Below, piece by piece: positions 1-13,016 of a stretch of DNA of 64,000 nucleotides (its first letter is position 1; the number at the start of each line of letters is the position of its first letter). The notes below the pieces were generated by a model. The model searched no databases, was not told where the DNA came from, and saw only the letters and a list, made by a program, of their open reading frames with translations. Both the position numbers and the translations under genes were made by a program. The DNA comes from an uncultured Methanomicrobiaceae archaeon. GTDB taxonomy: Archaea; Halobacteriota; Methanomicrobia; Methanomicrobiales; Methanoculleaceae. Location of the stretch: NCBI GenBank assembly GCA_963826525.1, contig CAWGXH010000004.1:160001-224000 (forward strand), given 5' to 3'.

Positions 1-238
1 CCCCACCATAGATGGTCTGTTTCTCGTTCAGGGAGGTGGAAGCGATGTCCACGGGTTCGTTGTAGTGCTCGACATTCGTAAGGCGCATATACGTGCTGCA
101 GCCCTGGGAGCCATGCACCAGCACCATGGCATTTTCAATGCCCTTGAAGGCGACGACGCCCCCGAGCGGCATGCACATCTGGCACTGGTTCTCGTTGACC
201 GACCGTGCGGTAGTGGTGGTGCCCGTTGTTTCGTCCAT
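1..238 (-). CDS. nifN: Nitrogenase cofactor scaffold subunit NifN, 5' part (runs off window)
   Basis: Manual translation from ATG at 238: MDETTGTTTTARSVNENQCQMCMPLGGVVAFKGIENAMVLVHGSQGCSTY...; NifK/N-type HGSQGC motif; directly follows nifE. Confidence 0.85.
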   Translation of the reverse strand, partial: MDETTGTTTTARSVNENQCQMCMPLGGVVAFKGIENAMVLVHGSQGCSTYMRLTNVEHYNEPVDIASTSLNEKQTIYGG

Positions 239-249
239 ACTGTACCCCC

Positions 250-1623
250 TCACAGGTTCCTTTTCAGATGCTTCCAGACCGGCGAGCACGTGGTGACGTA
301 CACCTCGCGGGCGAACCTGACCGCCCCTTCAAAGCCGGCCAGACCGTCTTTCCGGTCATGGTTGTGGTCGACGAAGCCGATACCCAGTTTGTAGGCAAGG
401 ACGCGTTCCTTTACACCGCCTGCCATGACGTCGACGTTCATCTCGAGGAGGAATTTCTCGAGTTCGGCGGGGTTGGCGTCGTCGATGATCACCGTCCCCT
501 CGTTCAGGAGATCGCTCAGGTTTTCATACTCCTCTTTCTTTCCGGTCTGCGTCCCGGTGAGGACAATCTCCATACCGAGTTCCCGCAGCTGCCGGATGAT
601 GGCGACCGCCTTGAACGCACCGCCGACGTAGATCGCCGCCCGTTTGCCGGTGAGCTTCGTTCGGCACTTCAGGATCTCCGGTCGAATTCGGTTCGTCTCC
701 CGCTCGATGAGTGTCTCAGTCCGGCGGACGATCTCTTCGTCCCCATAGAATGCGGCGATCTTCCGGAGACTCTCAGCCGTATTTTCTGCGCCGAAGAAGT
801 TCACGTCGAGCGAGGGGGTCCCAAACTTCTCTTCGAGCTTGCGTGCAAGCCAGTGCATGGAGCCGGTGCACTGGACGATGTTTAAACATGCTCCGGGCGC
901 CTGCTTCAGTGCGGCAACAGTGGAATCCCCGGTAAAGGCTACGTTGATCTCGATACCGATCTCCCGCAGGTATCGCTCGACGACCCATTTCTCGCCGCCC
1001 AGGTTGTACTCCCCGAGAAAGTTGAGCTTCCGGGTCTTCGGGGCGACCTCTCCCTCTTTCGGGGTGATTAACCGGAGCAGCGCTTCGGCGGCGGCCCGGT
1101 ACCCGACAACCTTGTTGCCGGAGATAAAGCCGCTCGATTCGACCGGGATCACATCGATACCGTGCCGGTGTGACGCATCTTTGCAGACGGCGGTGATATC
1201 GTCACCTATCATCCCGACGACGCAGGTCGAGTAGACGAAGACCGCCGGGGGGCGGTACTTCGCGACCACATCGTCGATACAGGCGGTAAGCTTCGTCTCC
1301 CCGCCGAATACCACGTCTCTCTCTTTCATGTCGGTGGAAAAACTGTTCCGGTACATCTCGGAACCGCTCGACAGACTCCCCCGGATATCCCACGTGTAGG
1401 TTGCGCAGCCGATAGGGCCGTGGACGAGGTGGATTGCATCCGTCACCGGATTCAATACCACCCGTGCCCCGCAAAACACGCAGGCACGCTGACTGACGGA
1501 TCCCGCGAGGCTATCGTCGGTGCAGTGTATACTGCTCTTGTTCTTCCCCGTGGTTATGATGGAGTTTTGACGTTCCGTGATGAACTCAGGCGATCCGCCG
1601 GTCAGCGAACAGGTATTCTCCAT
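250..1623 (-). CDS. nifE: Nitrogenase cofactor scaffold subunit NifE
   Basis: SQRACVFCGARVV, HGPIGC, YSTCVVGMIGDD, VQC motifs; position after nifK. Confidence 0.93.
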   Translation of the reverse strand: MENTCSLTGGSPEFITERQNSIITTGKNKSSIHCTDDSLAGSVSQRACVFCGARVVLNPVTDAIHLVHGPIGCATYTWDIRGSLSSGSEMYRNSFSTDMKERDVVFGGETKLTACIDDVVAKYRPPAVFVYSTCVVGMIGDDITAVCKDASHRHGIDVIPVESSGFISGNKVVGYRAAAEALLRLITPKEGEVAPKTRKLNFLGEYNLGGEKWVVERYLREIGIEINVAFTGDSTVAALKQAPGACLNIVQCTGSMHWLARKLEEKFGTPSLDVNFFGAENTAESLRKIAAFYGDEEIVRRTETLIERETNRIRPEILKCRTKLTGKRAAIYVGGAFKAVAIIRQLRELGMEIVLTGTQTGKKEEYENLSDLLNEGTVIIDDANPAELEKFLLEMNVDVMAGGVKERVLAYKLGIGFVDHNHDRKDGLAGFEGAVRFAREVYVTTCSPVWKHLKRNL

Positions 1624-1652
1624 ACTCCATCACCTCTCTTCTGTGCTCCTTG

Positions 1653-3020
1653 TTACAGTACAAGTTCGTAATCTTCGTCCAGACAGTCGCGGTCCCGCCG
1701 CTCGAGCAGTGCGTTACTGATCATCTCGATCAACCGGAGGCACCCCCTATAGCCGACGATCGGCATCAGGGGGTGCACGGCCCTGTCGAATATCGGGAAC
1801 CCGACCCGTACGAGGGGAATATCCAGAGCCCGTGCCATGTACTTACCGTGCGAGGTGCCGACCAGGAGATCGACCGGGTGTTCCTTGATCCAGGCATGAA
1901 CCTCGAAGAGGTCGCCCTCGGCCTTGACCATGCCCTCCTCGACCCCTGCAGCTTCGAGCATCTGCCGGATCTGGACTTCAAACTGGCTGCCGGGAGTGCC
2001 GGTGACCACGCACGACGGGAGCATGCCCATCGTCAGGAGAAACTCCGTCAGCGCGATCACGGTGTCCGGGTCTCCGAAGACGGCGACCTTCTTCCCCTGG
2101 TAGTGGTAATGCGTGTCGATGAGGGTGTCCACGACCTGCCCCCGTTCAATGGCGATCGACCGGGGTACGGTCACACCGAATCCCTCTTTGAGTGCCATGA
2201 TGAAATCGTCGGTCGCCTTCAGGCCGATGGGGAGCTTTAACGGCACCGCCGGGACATCGCATTTCTCCTGGAGGAGTCCGGCGGCAGCGTCCGATGACCA
2301 GGCACCGAGGGAGAGCGTGAACTTCGAATTACCCGAATCGCGGATCTCGTCGATCGTTGCACCACCCTCCGGATACATGGCGTACTTGTCCGTCAGCGGC
2401 GAATCGAGTACGTTCGAGGTATCCGGGAAGAGGATCAGCGGTATGCCAAGTTCGCCGACGATGCGCCTGATCTCCCGCATGTCACCCGGATTGACGAACC
2501 CAGGCAGGACGTTGACCTGCTCCTTCTTCCGGTCGCCGTCGGACTCGGCAAGGTAGGAGACCATGCCTTTGCACATGTTCGCAAAGCCGGTGATGTGCGA
2601 TCCCTGGTAACTCGGCGTGTTGGCATGAATGACGATCTTTCCTTCCGGGATCTCCGTCTGCTTGATGATGTTCGGAATGTCGTCTCCTATCGTCTCGCTC
2701 AGGCAGGTGGTATGCACCGCCATGACCTCGGGGTCGTAGATCTCAAAGACGTTCTTGATCGACGTCTTTAAGTTCGCCGCTCCGCCGAAGACCGACGCTC
2801 CCTCCGTGAAGGAGCTCGACGACGCCATCGCCGGGTCACGGAAATGGCGGGTGAGCGCCATCCGGTGGTACGCGCAGCAGCCCTGCGATCCGTGGCTGTG
2901 GGGCAGGCAGCCGTGTATGCCGAGTGCGGCATACATGGCTCCGAGCGGCTGGCACGTTTTTACAGGATTTATCTTGCCCGCAGTATGTTTCACCGGCCCT
3001 TCCGGCATGCATTCAAGCAT
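1653..3020 (-). CDS. nifK: Nitrogenase MoFe protein beta chain
   Basis: INPVKTCQPLGA, HSHGSQGCCAY, TTCLSETIGDD P-cluster ligand motifs. Confidence 0.95.
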   Translation of the reverse strand: MLECMPEGPVKHTAGKINPVKTCQPLGAMYAALGIHGCLPHSHGSQGCCAYHRMALTRHFRDPAMASSSSFTEGASVFGGAANLKTSIKNVFEIYDPEVMAVHTTCLSETIGDDIPNIIKQTEIPEGKIVIHANTPSYQGSHITGFANMCKGMVSYLAESDGDRKKEQVNVLPGFVNPGDMREIRRIVGELGIPLILFPDTSNVLDSPLTDKYAMYPEGGATIDEIRDSGNSKFTLSLGAWSSDAAAGLLQEKCDVPAVPLKLPIGLKATDDFIMALKEGFGVTVPRSIAIERGQVVDTLIDTHYHYQGKKVAVFGDPDTVIALTEFLLTMGMLPSCVVTGTPGSQFEVQIRQMLEAAGVEEGMVKAEGDLFEVHAWIKEHPVDLLVGTSHGKYMARALDIPLVRVGFPIFDRAVHPLMPIVGYRGCLRLIEMISNALLERRDRDCLDEDYELVL

Positions 3021-4639
3021 TGATATCACTCCCTGCTTCGTCTTCTTTCTCCCATGGAGCGACGATCATCTTCCACGCAGGCGTCGAAAGGGCGGCTGCC
3101 ACATCCCGCGCAAAGTTAATCGCCCCATTAAAGCCGGCATACGGCCCGCTGTAGTCGTAGGAGTGCAGCTGTTTCGACGGCACTCCGAGTTTCTGAGATA
3201 TGTACTTGTCCCTGACTCCCGAGAAGATCATATCGGGTTTCAGAATTTCAACCAATTCCTCGGTCTCGTAGTGGTTGCAGTCGTCAATGAGGATATGCCC
3301 GTCTTTCATAGTCGGATACATCCCCTCGTAGTCGCCGAGCGAGACGGATTTTCTGAGCTCGTCATACTTCTCCCGGGACATGTTCAGGTGAAGATGCGGC
3401 TCTTTGTAGAGATCCGGATCCGGTTCGAGGTGAAGTTCGGGAATATTTTTCGAGTCGGCATCGCTTTTGATAGTCGGAATAACCTGGCGTCCTTCGTAGT
3501 CGTCGCGGTGGGCAAACTCATACCCTGCAACCACAACCTCCATGCCGAGATCACGGAGGAGATACTGGTAATGGTGGCTGCGGGACCCGCCGACGAATAT
3601 GAAGGCCGTTTTGCCGTCGCAGATCTTGCAGTGACTGTTCGAGCACCGGAGTGATCCGGGCAAGTTCCCGCTCGATAACGACCTCGGTCCGCTCGATGAG
3701 CGCCGGATCGCCGAAACATTGTGCCAGCTCCCGGAGTGTTTGCATGGTTGCAGTAACACCGATGAAATTGCATTTCAGCCACGGCGTGCCGTACTTCGTC
3801 TCCATCATCTCGGCGATGTAGTTGATCGAACGGTGGCACTGCACGAGATTGAGGTGAGCCTGGTGCAGATTTTTGATCTTCAGGTAACTCGAATCTCCGG
3901 TCAGCACGGAGTTTACTGTGTAACCGATATCCGTCAGGATACGCTCGAGTTCCCACCCGTCGCCGCCGATGTTGTACTCACCGAGGAGGTTGATGACGTA
4001 GTTTTCGCCCACCTTCTCTGTGCCTTTGCCGATAATCCGCTCCATCAGATTATTATTAGCGATGTGGTGGCCTGCCGACTGGCTGACACCCTTGTAGCCC
4101 TCGCAGTTGTAGGAGATCACCTGGATGCCGTGGCGTTCCTCCGCTGCTTTCGCCACTGCACTGATATCGTCTCCGATGAGGCCTACGGGGCAGGTGGCAC
4201 AGATATTGATCGCCCTCGGATGGAACATCTCGACGACCTCGTCGATCATCTTCGCGAGTTTCTTCTCACCGCCGAAGACAATGTCGCTCTCCTGCATATC
4301 CGTGGAGAAGCAGAGCGTCGAGTAGATCTTATCCGGGGGTGTCGTATCGTCAGCCCGGGCTTTGTTCCTGCGTGTTCCCCAGCTGTAGTATGCGCAGCCG
4401 ATCGGGCCGTGAGTGATAGTGACCATATCCTTGATAGGCCCGATAACCACACCCTTGCACCCGGCATACGCACACCCTCGCTGGGATATGATACCGGGTA
4501 TCGTTCGCGTATTCGCCTCTATCTGCGGACAGGTTCCGGCCGCTTCGTCTTTGACGATGAGATGTTTCTTTCGATTTTTCCTGACTTTATCAGGGTACTG
4601 GCTGCTCATCTCGTCCAGTTGGTCATCGATAGTCGTCAT
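3013..4639 (-). CDS. nifD: Nitrogenase MoFe protein alpha chain (one +1 frameshift at ~3633, probable sequencing error)
   Basis: RGCAYAGCKGVV, HGPIGC, VQCHRS (FeMoco Cys), LHSYDY (FeMoco His); long insertion after EFAHRDDY as in Clostridium/Methanosarcina-type NifD; ORFs 3551..4639 and 3013..3759 join if one base is removed. Confidence 0.95.
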
Positions 4640-4654
4640 GGTGCCCCGCTTCCT

Positions 4655-5074
4655 TTACCAGATAGCCGCATCGCCTGATTCACCTGTTCTCACACGGATC
4701 GCATCCGAGACAGGCAGGACAAAGATCGCGCCGTCCCCAACCCCGCGCTCGGTCCGGTTGACCCGGGTTATCGCCTCGACGATCCTGGGTACGTCCTCGT
4801 CATATGCAAGGATCGTAAAGAGCCGCCGTGGGAAGAACCGCGAGTCGTCGAGGAAGGTCATGACCTGCTCTTCGGCATCCTTTTCCTCGTTGACATCGTC
4901 TATAGCCATAGCCAGGAGTTTTTCCTTACATGGCACGATGACCTCCGGGTCTTCGACCAGTTTGCCCCTGCCGAGAACCTTGACAACAGTAAACCCCGCC
5001 ACTCCGGCCTCGATAAGGGCTTTTTTGGTCACCCCTGTCTTTTTCATCCGCACGATGGCCATAATCTCTTTCAT
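4655..5074 (-). CDS. nifI2: P-II family nitrogenase regulator NifI2
   Basis: MKEIMAIVRM...VLGRGK...GDGAIFVLPVSDAIRVRTGESGDAAI; second P-II gene between nifH and nifD. Confidence 0.9.
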   Translation of the reverse strand: MKEIMAIVRMKKTGVTKKALIEAGVAGFTVVKVLGRGKLVEDPEVIVPCKEKLLAMAIDDVNEEKDAEEQVMTFLDDSRFFPRRLFTILAYDEDVPRIVEAITRVNRTERGVGDGAIFVLPVSDAIRVRTGESGDAAIW

Positions 5075-5090
5075 CGGCGTATCCTCCCGT

Positions 5091-5418
5091 TCATAACCCG
5101 GGGCTGCCTCGCGAGATGGTGTAGGCCTCTTCGAGGGGGCTGACGAAGATCTTTCCATCGCCGAACGCCCCGTTCTCGCCGGTCCTGGCGGTCTCGAGGA
5201 TCGTCTTGACGATCGCATCTTTATCCTCGTCGTTGATGGCCATCAGAATAAGGGACTTCGGGATCTCGTCATAGACGATATTCCCGATCTTGATGCCCTT
5301 CTGCTTGCCGCGCCCTACGACATCCACCATGGTCGCGGAGTGGAATCCCGACGATGATAACGCTGCAAGGTACTTCGTCCTTCTTCTCCGGCCTGACTAT
5401 CGCTCTTACAAGTAACAT
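5091..5418 (-). CDS. nifI1: P-II family nitrogenase regulator NifI1 (+1 frameshift at ~5370)
   Basis: MLLVRAIVRPEKKDEV / LAALSSSGFHSATMVDVVGRGKQKGIK...GDGKIFVSP after removing one base. Confidence 0.9.
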
Positions 5419-5440
5419 TCTATTCACGCTCCGGATGGTA

Positions 5441-6271
<831 letters not shown>

Positions 6272-6320
6272 TCAATCTGTTGCCACTACAGCATTGGCGG
6301 TTACAATATTTATCATTATC

Positions 6321-6334
6321 GGAAGGAAACTTCC
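6321..6334. promoter_or_regulatory. NrpR nitrogen-repressor operator (GGAA-N6-TTCC) at the nifH promoter
   Basis: GGAAggaaacTTCC, just downstream (minus strand) of a TATA-like TTTATATA at ~6344-6352. Confidence 0.8.
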
Positions 6335-6502
6335 TTCTTACAGTATATAAATATATCTAATTTTGGCGAGAGGGAGAGCCAAAACACAGGAATCGAATAA
6401 TGCATAAAGGGCAGAATAAGAATTAGGGGGATTTAATGAGGCAATATGACAATGAAAAGTCAAAAAAGAGGTATATCCTGAAAAGGGCTTATAAAATCCA
6501 GA

Positions 6503-7730
6503 TTATGTACCGATATCCCAGCTCGTCATGTAGATGACCTGTTTCTCGGTCAGAGTATCGATCGCAATCCCGAGCGCGTCCAATTTGAGGCGTGCAATCA
6601 GTTCGTCAATCTCATTCGGCACCTCGTAGACGCCACCGGGAAGGGTCCTGCCGGCTTTCGCGATGTACTCGGCGCTGAGCGCCTGAACGGCGAAACTCAA
6701 GTCCATCACCTCGATGGGGTGCCCCATTCCTTTCGGCACGGCGAGGTTGACGAGGCGCCCCTCCGCGAGGACGTGGACGGTCTTGTTGCCGAGCAGGTAC
6801 GAGTCGATGCCGTCGCGCCGCTCGATCGCATCTGCATGCTCCTCGAGCCAGTCGACCTCGATCTCGACGTTGAAGTGGCCGGCATTCGAGAGAATTGCAC
6901 CGTTCTTCATCATTGGGAAGTGGCGGTGCGTGATGATCCCCGCATTCCCGGTCGTGGTGACGAAGAGGTCGCCGACCGCTGCCGCCTCGTCCATCGTCAT
7001 GACGGCAAACCCGTCCATGTGCGCCTGCAGCGCCCGCCGCGGGTCGACCTCGGTGACGATGACCCGTGCTCCAAGGCCGCTTGCCTTCTCTGCAAGGCCT
7101 CGCCCGCAGTAGCCGTAGCCTGCGACGACGAGATGTTTGCCGGCGATCAGGATGTTCGTCGTCGTCATGATGGCAGTGAGCGAGCTCTCGCCGGTGCCAT
7201 GGACGTTGTCGAAGAACCGCTTCATCGGAGTGTCGTTGACGGCGATGACAGGAAACTCGAGTTTGCCCTCTTTCGCCATCGCGCGGAGACGGTGGATACC
7301 GGTCGTCGTCTCCTCGCAGCCGCCGACGATCGACTCCAGCAGCTCTCCGCCGCCCCGTATGGATACGGTGGATGAGGTCCATCCCGTCGTCGATGGTGAC
7401 AGCCGGCCGGGCATCGAGAACCCTGTCGATGGCGGCGTAGTACTCCTCAACACTGCACGCCCTCTTTGCATAGCAATGAACGCGCGGGCGCTCGTTCAGC
7501 GCAGCCGCAACGTCGTCCTGGGTCGAGAGAGGATTACAACCCGTGATGTACACCTCCGCACCTCCGGCCGCGAGCGTCTCGACGAGCACCGCCGTCTTTG
7601 CCTCGACGTGAAGCGCCATGCCGATCGTCGTGCCTGCAAAGGGTTGTTCACGCTCGAATCGCTCTCTGATGGATGAGAGCACCGGCATGTACTGCCGTGC
7701 CCACGTTATCTTCTGTTCTCCCGAGTTCAT
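6503..7730 (-). CDS. ahcY: Adenosylhomocysteinase (+1 frameshift at ~7346)
   Basis: [62 protein letters not shown]. Confidence 0.95.
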
Positions 7731-7869
7731 GAAAAGCACCTGTAACGATGAAGTGAACGCACCCCATCCGATCGTCCATAAAGGTTCCCCGTCGCAATAC
7801 TTAAATCCCCATCCATGGGAGCCTCGCGTTTCGGAAACCATCAAGACATCCCTCATCCCACCAGTATCC

Positions 7870-8676
7870 ATGGTTCTGACAAAGCGGATCATCCCCTGCC
7901 TGGATCTCAAGGACGGCCGTGTGGTCAAGGGCACCTACTTCCAGAATCTCCGGGATGCAGGCGATCCCGTCGAGCTTGCGCAGCGGTATAACGAACAGGG
8001 AGCGGATGAGGTCGTCTTTCTCGACATCACTGCATCGAAGGAGCAGCGGGGTACGATCATCGACGTCGTCCAGCGGGCCGCCGATCAGCTCTTCCTTCCC
8101 CTCACCGTCGGCGGAGGAATCCGTGCTCTTGACGATATGCACCAGATACTCCGTGCCGGCGCCGACAAAGTGAGTATCAACACGAGCGCCGTTCAGGACC
8201 CGACCCTGATCAGCAGGGGAGCAGAGCGCTTTGGCACCCAGTGCATCGTCGTCGCCATGGACGTGCGGCGAAACTTCGAGGTATCGCCGGAGAGGAATTG
8301 CGTCGCCCTGCCGGACGGCCGGGAGTGCTGGTATGAGGTCGTCATCTACGGCGGCAGCAAACCGACCGGCATCGACGCGATCGCATGGGCAGAAGAGGCG
8401 GAAGACCGCGGTGCCGGGGAGATCCTCCTCACGAGCATGGAGACCGACGGGACGAAAAACGGGTTTGATATTCCGATCACCTCCGCCATCTCGGGCAGAG
8501 TCGGGATCCCCGTCATCGCAAGCGGTGGGGTCGGCACCCTCGACCACTTCTACGACGGGTTTACCGCAGGGAGAGCGGATGCCTGCCTCGCGGCAAGCGT
8601 CTTCCACTACGGGGAGTTCACGGTGCACCAGGTGAAGGAACACCTGGCTGCCAGGGGTATCCCGGTACGGCTCTGA
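7870..8676 (+). CDS. hisF: Imidazole glycerol phosphate synthase cyclase subunit
   Basis: [43 protein letters not shown]. Confidence 0.97.
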   Translation: MVLTKRIIPCLDLKDGRVVKGTYFQNLRDAGDPVELAQRYNEQGADEVVFLDITASKEQRGTIIDVVQRAADQLFLPLTVGGGIRALDDMHQILRAGADKVSINTSAVQDPTLISRGAERFGTQCIVVAMDVRRNFEVSPERNCVALPDGRECWYEVVIYGGSKPTGIDAIAWAEEAEDRGAGEILLTSMETDGTKNGFDIPITSAISGRVGIPVIASGGVGTLDHFYDGFTAGRADACLAASVFHYGEFTVHQVKEHLAARGIPVRL

Positions 8677-10273
8677 GGTCGAGCTCGAGAGCTGCGACGG
8701 AGTGCTCGAGCTCGAAGCCGCCGAGCACCGACGGGTGAATCTCGCCGAAGACCCCTACTTTTTTGTTGTTGACGAAGATGTCACCGCGACGGCCGTCGAT
8801 GAATGCGGGATCCTCCGACTCCGTAACCGAATAGGCAAGGCCGAGTTCGCGGCAGAGCACATCGGCGGCGGCGTAGGCCTCGGAGAAGTCGGCCCCCGGA
8901 TGGATGCTGACCGCTGCAGCCGTCTGGCGGACGGCCATATCTTCGACGACATCGCCAACCGCAAAGAGACGCTGCGGCAGTTCACGGTGTTTGTTGAACT
9001 GCAGCGTCTCCATCAGCAGCGGGAGAATATCGGTCCTGACGACGGTCTGCTCTTCCGATATGGGGTGCAAGACCCGGAGTGCCGCGGGGGAGCGCTCGCG
9101 CTGCATCCGGTCGAAGAGTATCCGCTCGTTCGTCAGCGTAAACGGCATCACCTCGAGATAGCCGAGGCCGACGAATATGGACCGCGTAACTCCCATCAGG
9201 GCATTGATCGGATGCTCCTGTGCGGTGGTAAAGGTCGGCGGCAGCTCAGCAGCGAAATGCTCGTATCCGTACGCGATCGCCACGTCCTCAAAGACGTCCC
9301 AGTCGTGCAGAATATCCGCCCGGTAGCAGGGAACCCGGACACGAAGCAGCCCGTCGCCCGCAGGCTCCGCACCGAACCGCATCTTCCGGAGGAGTGCTGC
9401 CATCGACTCCGCCGTCAGCGGGATGCCGAGCAGTCCAGCGCACTCATCCACACTGACCTGCCGCTCCGCCGGCGCAAGCGACGGCATCTCGAGGCCGTCG
9501 ACGGTAACGGACTCTATCGTCGCCCCCGCCTCGGCGAGAGCGGTGCAGATGATGTTCACGGCGATCATCACCGCCCGTTTATCGGTGCCGGTCGTATCGA
9601 GGAGGATGTTTCGAGTCTCGGTCGTCACCCGCGTCAGTTCGCCGTTGATGATCGGCGGGAACGAGAGCACCCGGTCGTCGGCATCGACGATCAGCGGGAA
9701 GCGGGGGAAATCCTGTACGAGGCGGGCGTAGTCACGCCCTTTCGGGTGTTCCGCGAGCATCTCGTCGAGCGTCATCTCCCGCTCAAAGTCGAGCGGCACG
9801 AAGGAGCGGTCACGCGGCGATGCGATGTAGCGGAACGGGGGCGTGACCCTATCGAGGTCGTGAACGCCTATCGCCACCTTGGCACGGCCGCGGCCGACCG
9901 CCCAGTGCAGCGCCTCCTGCAGCCCCATCAGGCTCTCGATCGCTTCTTCGTCGAGCGAGACGTTCCGGATCACCGCAGAGCCGAGGAAGGGCCGGATCTC
10001 GGCAAGCCCGGGATCGACCGAGAAGGCTATCCCTGACGGGCGGACATCATAGATGTTCAGTCCCTCCTCTATCCCGAGGAAACCCCGCATGGCGCGGGCG
10101 ACCCCTTCGGTGGAGAAGAGATCGGGGCGGTCAGGGAAAAACTCGATATCGGCGTGGTCGTCTTCTATCCGCTCGATATCGGCACCGATCATCGGCACCC
10201 GGTCGATGATCGTCTTCCGGTCGGTGCCGGTCAGCCGTTCGAGATATGCATAGGGCAGGGTAATAATCGGCAT
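8618..10273 (-). CDS. pheT: Phenylalanyl-tRNA synthetase beta subunit
   Basis: [35 protein letters not shown]; follows pheS. Confidence 0.95.
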   Translation of the reverse strand: MPIITLPYAYLERLTGTDRKTIIDRVPMIGADIERIEDDHADIEFFPDRPDLFSTEGVARAMRGFLGIEEGLNIYDVRPSGIAFSVDPGLAEIRPFLGSAVIRNVSLDEEAIESLMGLQEALHWAVGRGRAKVAIGVHDLDRVTPPFRYIASPRDRSFVPLDFEREMTLDEMLAEHPKGRDYARLVQDFPRFPLIVDADDRVLSFPPIINGELTRVTTETRNILLDTTGTDKRAVMIAVNIICTALAEAGATIESVTVDGLEMPSLAPAERQVSVDECAGLLGIPLTAESMAALLRKMRFGAEPAGDGLLRVRVPCYRADILHDWDVFEDVAIAYGYEHFAAELPPTFTTAQEHPINALMGVTRSIFVGLGYLEVMPFTLTNERILFDRMQRERSPAALRVLHPISEEQTVVRTDILPLLMETLQFNKHRELPQRLFAVGDVVEDMAVRQTAAAVSIHPGADFSEAYAAADVLCRELGLAYSVTESEDPAFIDGRRGDIFVNNKKVGVFGEIHPSVLGGFELEHSVAALELDLRAVPGYPWQPGVPSPGAP

Positions 10274-10286
10274 GCTTCTCTCTCCC

Positions 10287-11744
10287 TCACTCGCCGCCGG
10301 ATGGCTGTCTGCCGACGATCGGTGTCTCCCGTATCCATTCTATATCGCTGCGGTAGAGCTGCCGGAGGTCCTTGAGCCCGACCTTCAGCATGGCAAGCCG
10401 GCTCACGCCGAGTCCCCAGGCGAGCACCGGATGTTTGATGCCGCACGGGGCGGTGACTTCCTGGCGGAAGATGCCTGCCCCGCCGAGCTCCACCCAGCCA
10501 AGACCGTCCACCCAGACCTCGGGCTCCACGGACGGCTCGGTGTACGGGAAGTAGGCCGGCCGGAACCGAACGTCTTCAAAGCCCATCTTCCCGTAAAACT
10601 CCTTTAAGAGACCGAGCAGGTGGCTGAAGGTTACACCTTCGTCCATCACGATACCCTCGAGCTGCTCGAACTCCGGGAGGTGGGTCGGGTCGATCGTCTC
10701 CCGCCGGTACACCCGGCCGATGCAGAAGGCCTTTACCGGCGGCTTTGGATGCTCTGCGAGGTGCTGGATGGAGAGGCTGGTCGTGTGCGTCCGGAGTACG
10801 CACTGCTGCGCCTTTTTGCTGCTCCAGACGCCTCCCCACCCGGTGGACGAGGTCTCCCCGCCGTGCTCGTGCATATCCCGGACCCGCTCGAAACCTGCCG
10901 GGAGCGGCCACTCTTCACCGAGGAAGAAGGTGTCCTGCATCTCGCGTGCCGGGTGGTCCTGCGGCTGGAAGAGGGCGTCGAAGTTCCAGAACGAGCTCTG
11001 GACGATACTGCCGTGGATCTCGGTAAAGCCCATATCCAGGAGAATTCTCCGCATATCGTCGAGCATCCGCTGGTAAGGATGCACTTTTCCGGGGTAGATC
11101 CTCTTTGGAAGTTTCTCCACGCTGTAGCGGCGGAGATTGAGATCATTCCACTCACCGGTGATGATCTGCTCCCGGGTGAGCGTGCCCACCTCTTCACGGA
11201 GATCGAGCCCGCGGCGGGCGAGGGCGCGGCCTTCCGGCGTGATCGCAACGGTGTACGTAACGGTCTCGTCCTCCTGCACGAGTCCGCGCTTCCGGAGCTC
11301 GGCGATCCCCTCACCACCCTCGTCTACGGGACCCTTCGTGAGCTTCGCAAAAACGAGCTCGTCCGCTCCGAGTTCAGGGCTCCCATCCTTCCGGACGATC
11401 CCGTCCCGGATGGTGATCCAGCCTTTTTTCCGCATCTGACCGATCCCGATCTTCGCGAGCGGGTGCTGCTGGAGATCCCGCATGGGAATCTCTTCGGCAA
11501 AACTCTCGAGCAATTGCCGTTCGGGGAGACCGGCTCCCGCGTACTTCGCTCCTTCTTCAGTCAGGGTATCGACTGTTCTGACGTGCCGCTTAAGCGTCGC
11601 GAGACCGCGATCGCTCGCAAGGAGGGCGTACTGCACCACCGCCTCTTTTCGCGCATCCATCCGGTCGGCAAGGGTTGCAGCATCGGCTGAGCCAAGGGGC
11701 TCGAGAGCGACGAGCAGTCTCTTTTCGTTTAATGTCAGTTCCAC
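10287..11744 (-). CDS. pheS: Phenylalanyl-tRNA synthetase alpha subunit
   Basis: [40 protein letters not shown]. Confidence 0.97.
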   Translation of the reverse strand: MELTLNEKRLLVALEPLGSADAATLADRMDARKEAVVQYALLASDRGLATLKRHVRTVDTLTEEGAKYAGAGLPERQLLESFAEEIPMRDLQQHPLAKIGIGQMRKKGWITIRDGIVRKDGSPELGADELVFAKLTKGPVDEGGEGIAELRKRGLVQEDETVTYTVAITPEGRALARRGLDLREEVGTLTREQIITGEWNDLNLRRYSVEKLPKRIYPGKVHPYQRMLDDMRRILLDMGFTEIHGSIVQSSFWNFDALFQPQDHPAREMQDTFFLGEEWPLPAGFERVRDMHEHGGETSSTGWGGVWSSKKAQQCVLRTHTTSLSIQHLAEHPKPPVKAFCIGRVYRRETIDPTHLPEFEQLEGIVMDEGVTFSHLLGLLKEFYGKMGFEDVRFRPAYFPYTEPSVEPEVWVDGLGWVELGGAGIFRQEVTAPCGIKHPVLAWGLGVSRLAMLKVGLKDLRQLYRSDIEWIRETPIVGRQPSGGE

Positions 11745-11747
11745 CGG

Positions 11748-13016
11748 TTACACCTCCACCATATGCTCCACCGCATCCATCTTCTCACGCAGGTCTTTGA
11801 CGAAAGAAACGACCCGCTCGAAGGTCTCCTTCTTGCACTGTCCACAGGTCAGCTCGCCCCCGACGCACCGGCGGCGGATCTCGGCGAGTTCGGCATCGTC
11901 TTCGACCATGTGAAAGAGGTTTAAGAGGTAGACGGAGCAGCGGTCCGGCTCGCCGCCGAGCTCTTTCTGCTCTTCGAGGGTCATCCGCCCGCCGGTCAAT
12001 GCCGACATCACCTTCTTTTTAATCGCTTTCTCGGGCTCGTAGAAGCCGAACGAGCTCTCCGGGACGCTGCTTGACATCTTGCCGCCCTGCAGGCCGGGCA
12101 TAAAGATATGGTAGGTCGACGACGGCGAGTAGAACCCGAAACCACCATGCTCGATCTCGATTCCCCGGACGACCTCACTGACCCGGCCGAAGGGCACACC
12201 CCTGATATCCACGTGTGCCTCGTACTTCTTCGAGCCCGGGAATGCACGGTGCACGGCAGCGATCGCCGGTTCAGGGGCGTTCTTCGACCTGACCGAGACG
12301 TACTCGCCCCGGTCCTCGACGGTAAACATCCGGAGTTTGTGCGCCACGTCGCGGGTAAGCCGGATATGCGGGTCCTGATCGATCCCCACCGGCACGATCG
12401 TGGGGGCAGGGCCTGCATCGAGCTGAGGGTAGAGAATATCCGCCACCTGGGTGATCACGCTCATCGCGTGAGAGAGAGACGTTTCCGGCCCGAACCCGTA
12501 GATGGCTGAGAGATCGGAGAAGTTCACCTTGGTGGACGCCTCAAACGCCAGGTCTTTTAGGCGGTTATTCCGGCTCTGGAAGTACGTCGTCCCCTCAAAG
12601 CCGAGTGCATAGAGGCACTTGAGGTACTCTCTGCCGTACTCCCGGCACTTCTCCCACGATATCCCCCGGACGGCATGTGCCTCACGGTCGGCGATAGCGA
12701 TATAGCCGGTCCCGCCCTGCCGGACGTGCCAGACGACCTCTTTCATGACCATCAAGTGTCCGAGATGGGGAAGACCGGACGGCATGAAGCCGGTGAGTAC
12801 GTGGAACGGCTTCTTATCCCGTATCGCATCGACTATCGGCTGATAGTCGCGGTGACCGACGACGATCCCTCTCCGCATGAACGACGGGATCTCAGGAAGC
12901 CTCTCTGCGACCGGCATGATCGGTTCGATGCCGAACTCGGAGAAGAGTTTCCCGATATCGCCGGTCTGGTTATTCGACCATGGATTTATTCCGGATTGCA
13001 TGGAAACGATCCTCAC
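11748..13016 (-). CDS. trpS: Tryptophanyl-tRNA synthetase
   Basis: TGFMPSG.PHLGH (HIGH-like), GIDQDPHIRLTRD, GKMSSS. Confidence 0.95.
   Translation of the reverse strand: MRIVSMQSGINPWSNNQTGDIGKLFSEFGIEPIMPVAERLPEIPSFMRRGIVVGHRDYQPIVDAIRDKKPFHVLTGFMPSGLPHLGHLMVMKEVVWHVRQGGTGYIAIADREAHAVRGISWEKCREYGREYLKCLYALGFEGTTYFQSRNNRLKDLAFEASTKVNFSDLSAIYGFGPETSLSHAMSVITQVADILYPQLDAGPAPTIVPVGIDQDPHIRLTRDVAHKLRMFTVEDRGEYVSVRSKNAPEPAIAAVHRAFPGSKKYEAHVDIRGVPFGRVSEVVRGIEIEHGGFGFYSPSSTYHIFMPGLQGGKMSSSVPESSFGFYEPEKAIKKKVMSALTGGRMTLEEQKELGGEPDRCSVYLLNLFHMVEDDAELAEIRRRCVGGELTCGQCKKETFERVVSFVKDLREKMDAVEHMVEV

Noticed and set aside
8618-8676. 59-nt convergent overlap of hisF and pheT
   Set aside because: Short tail-to-tail overlaps are common in compact archaeal genomes
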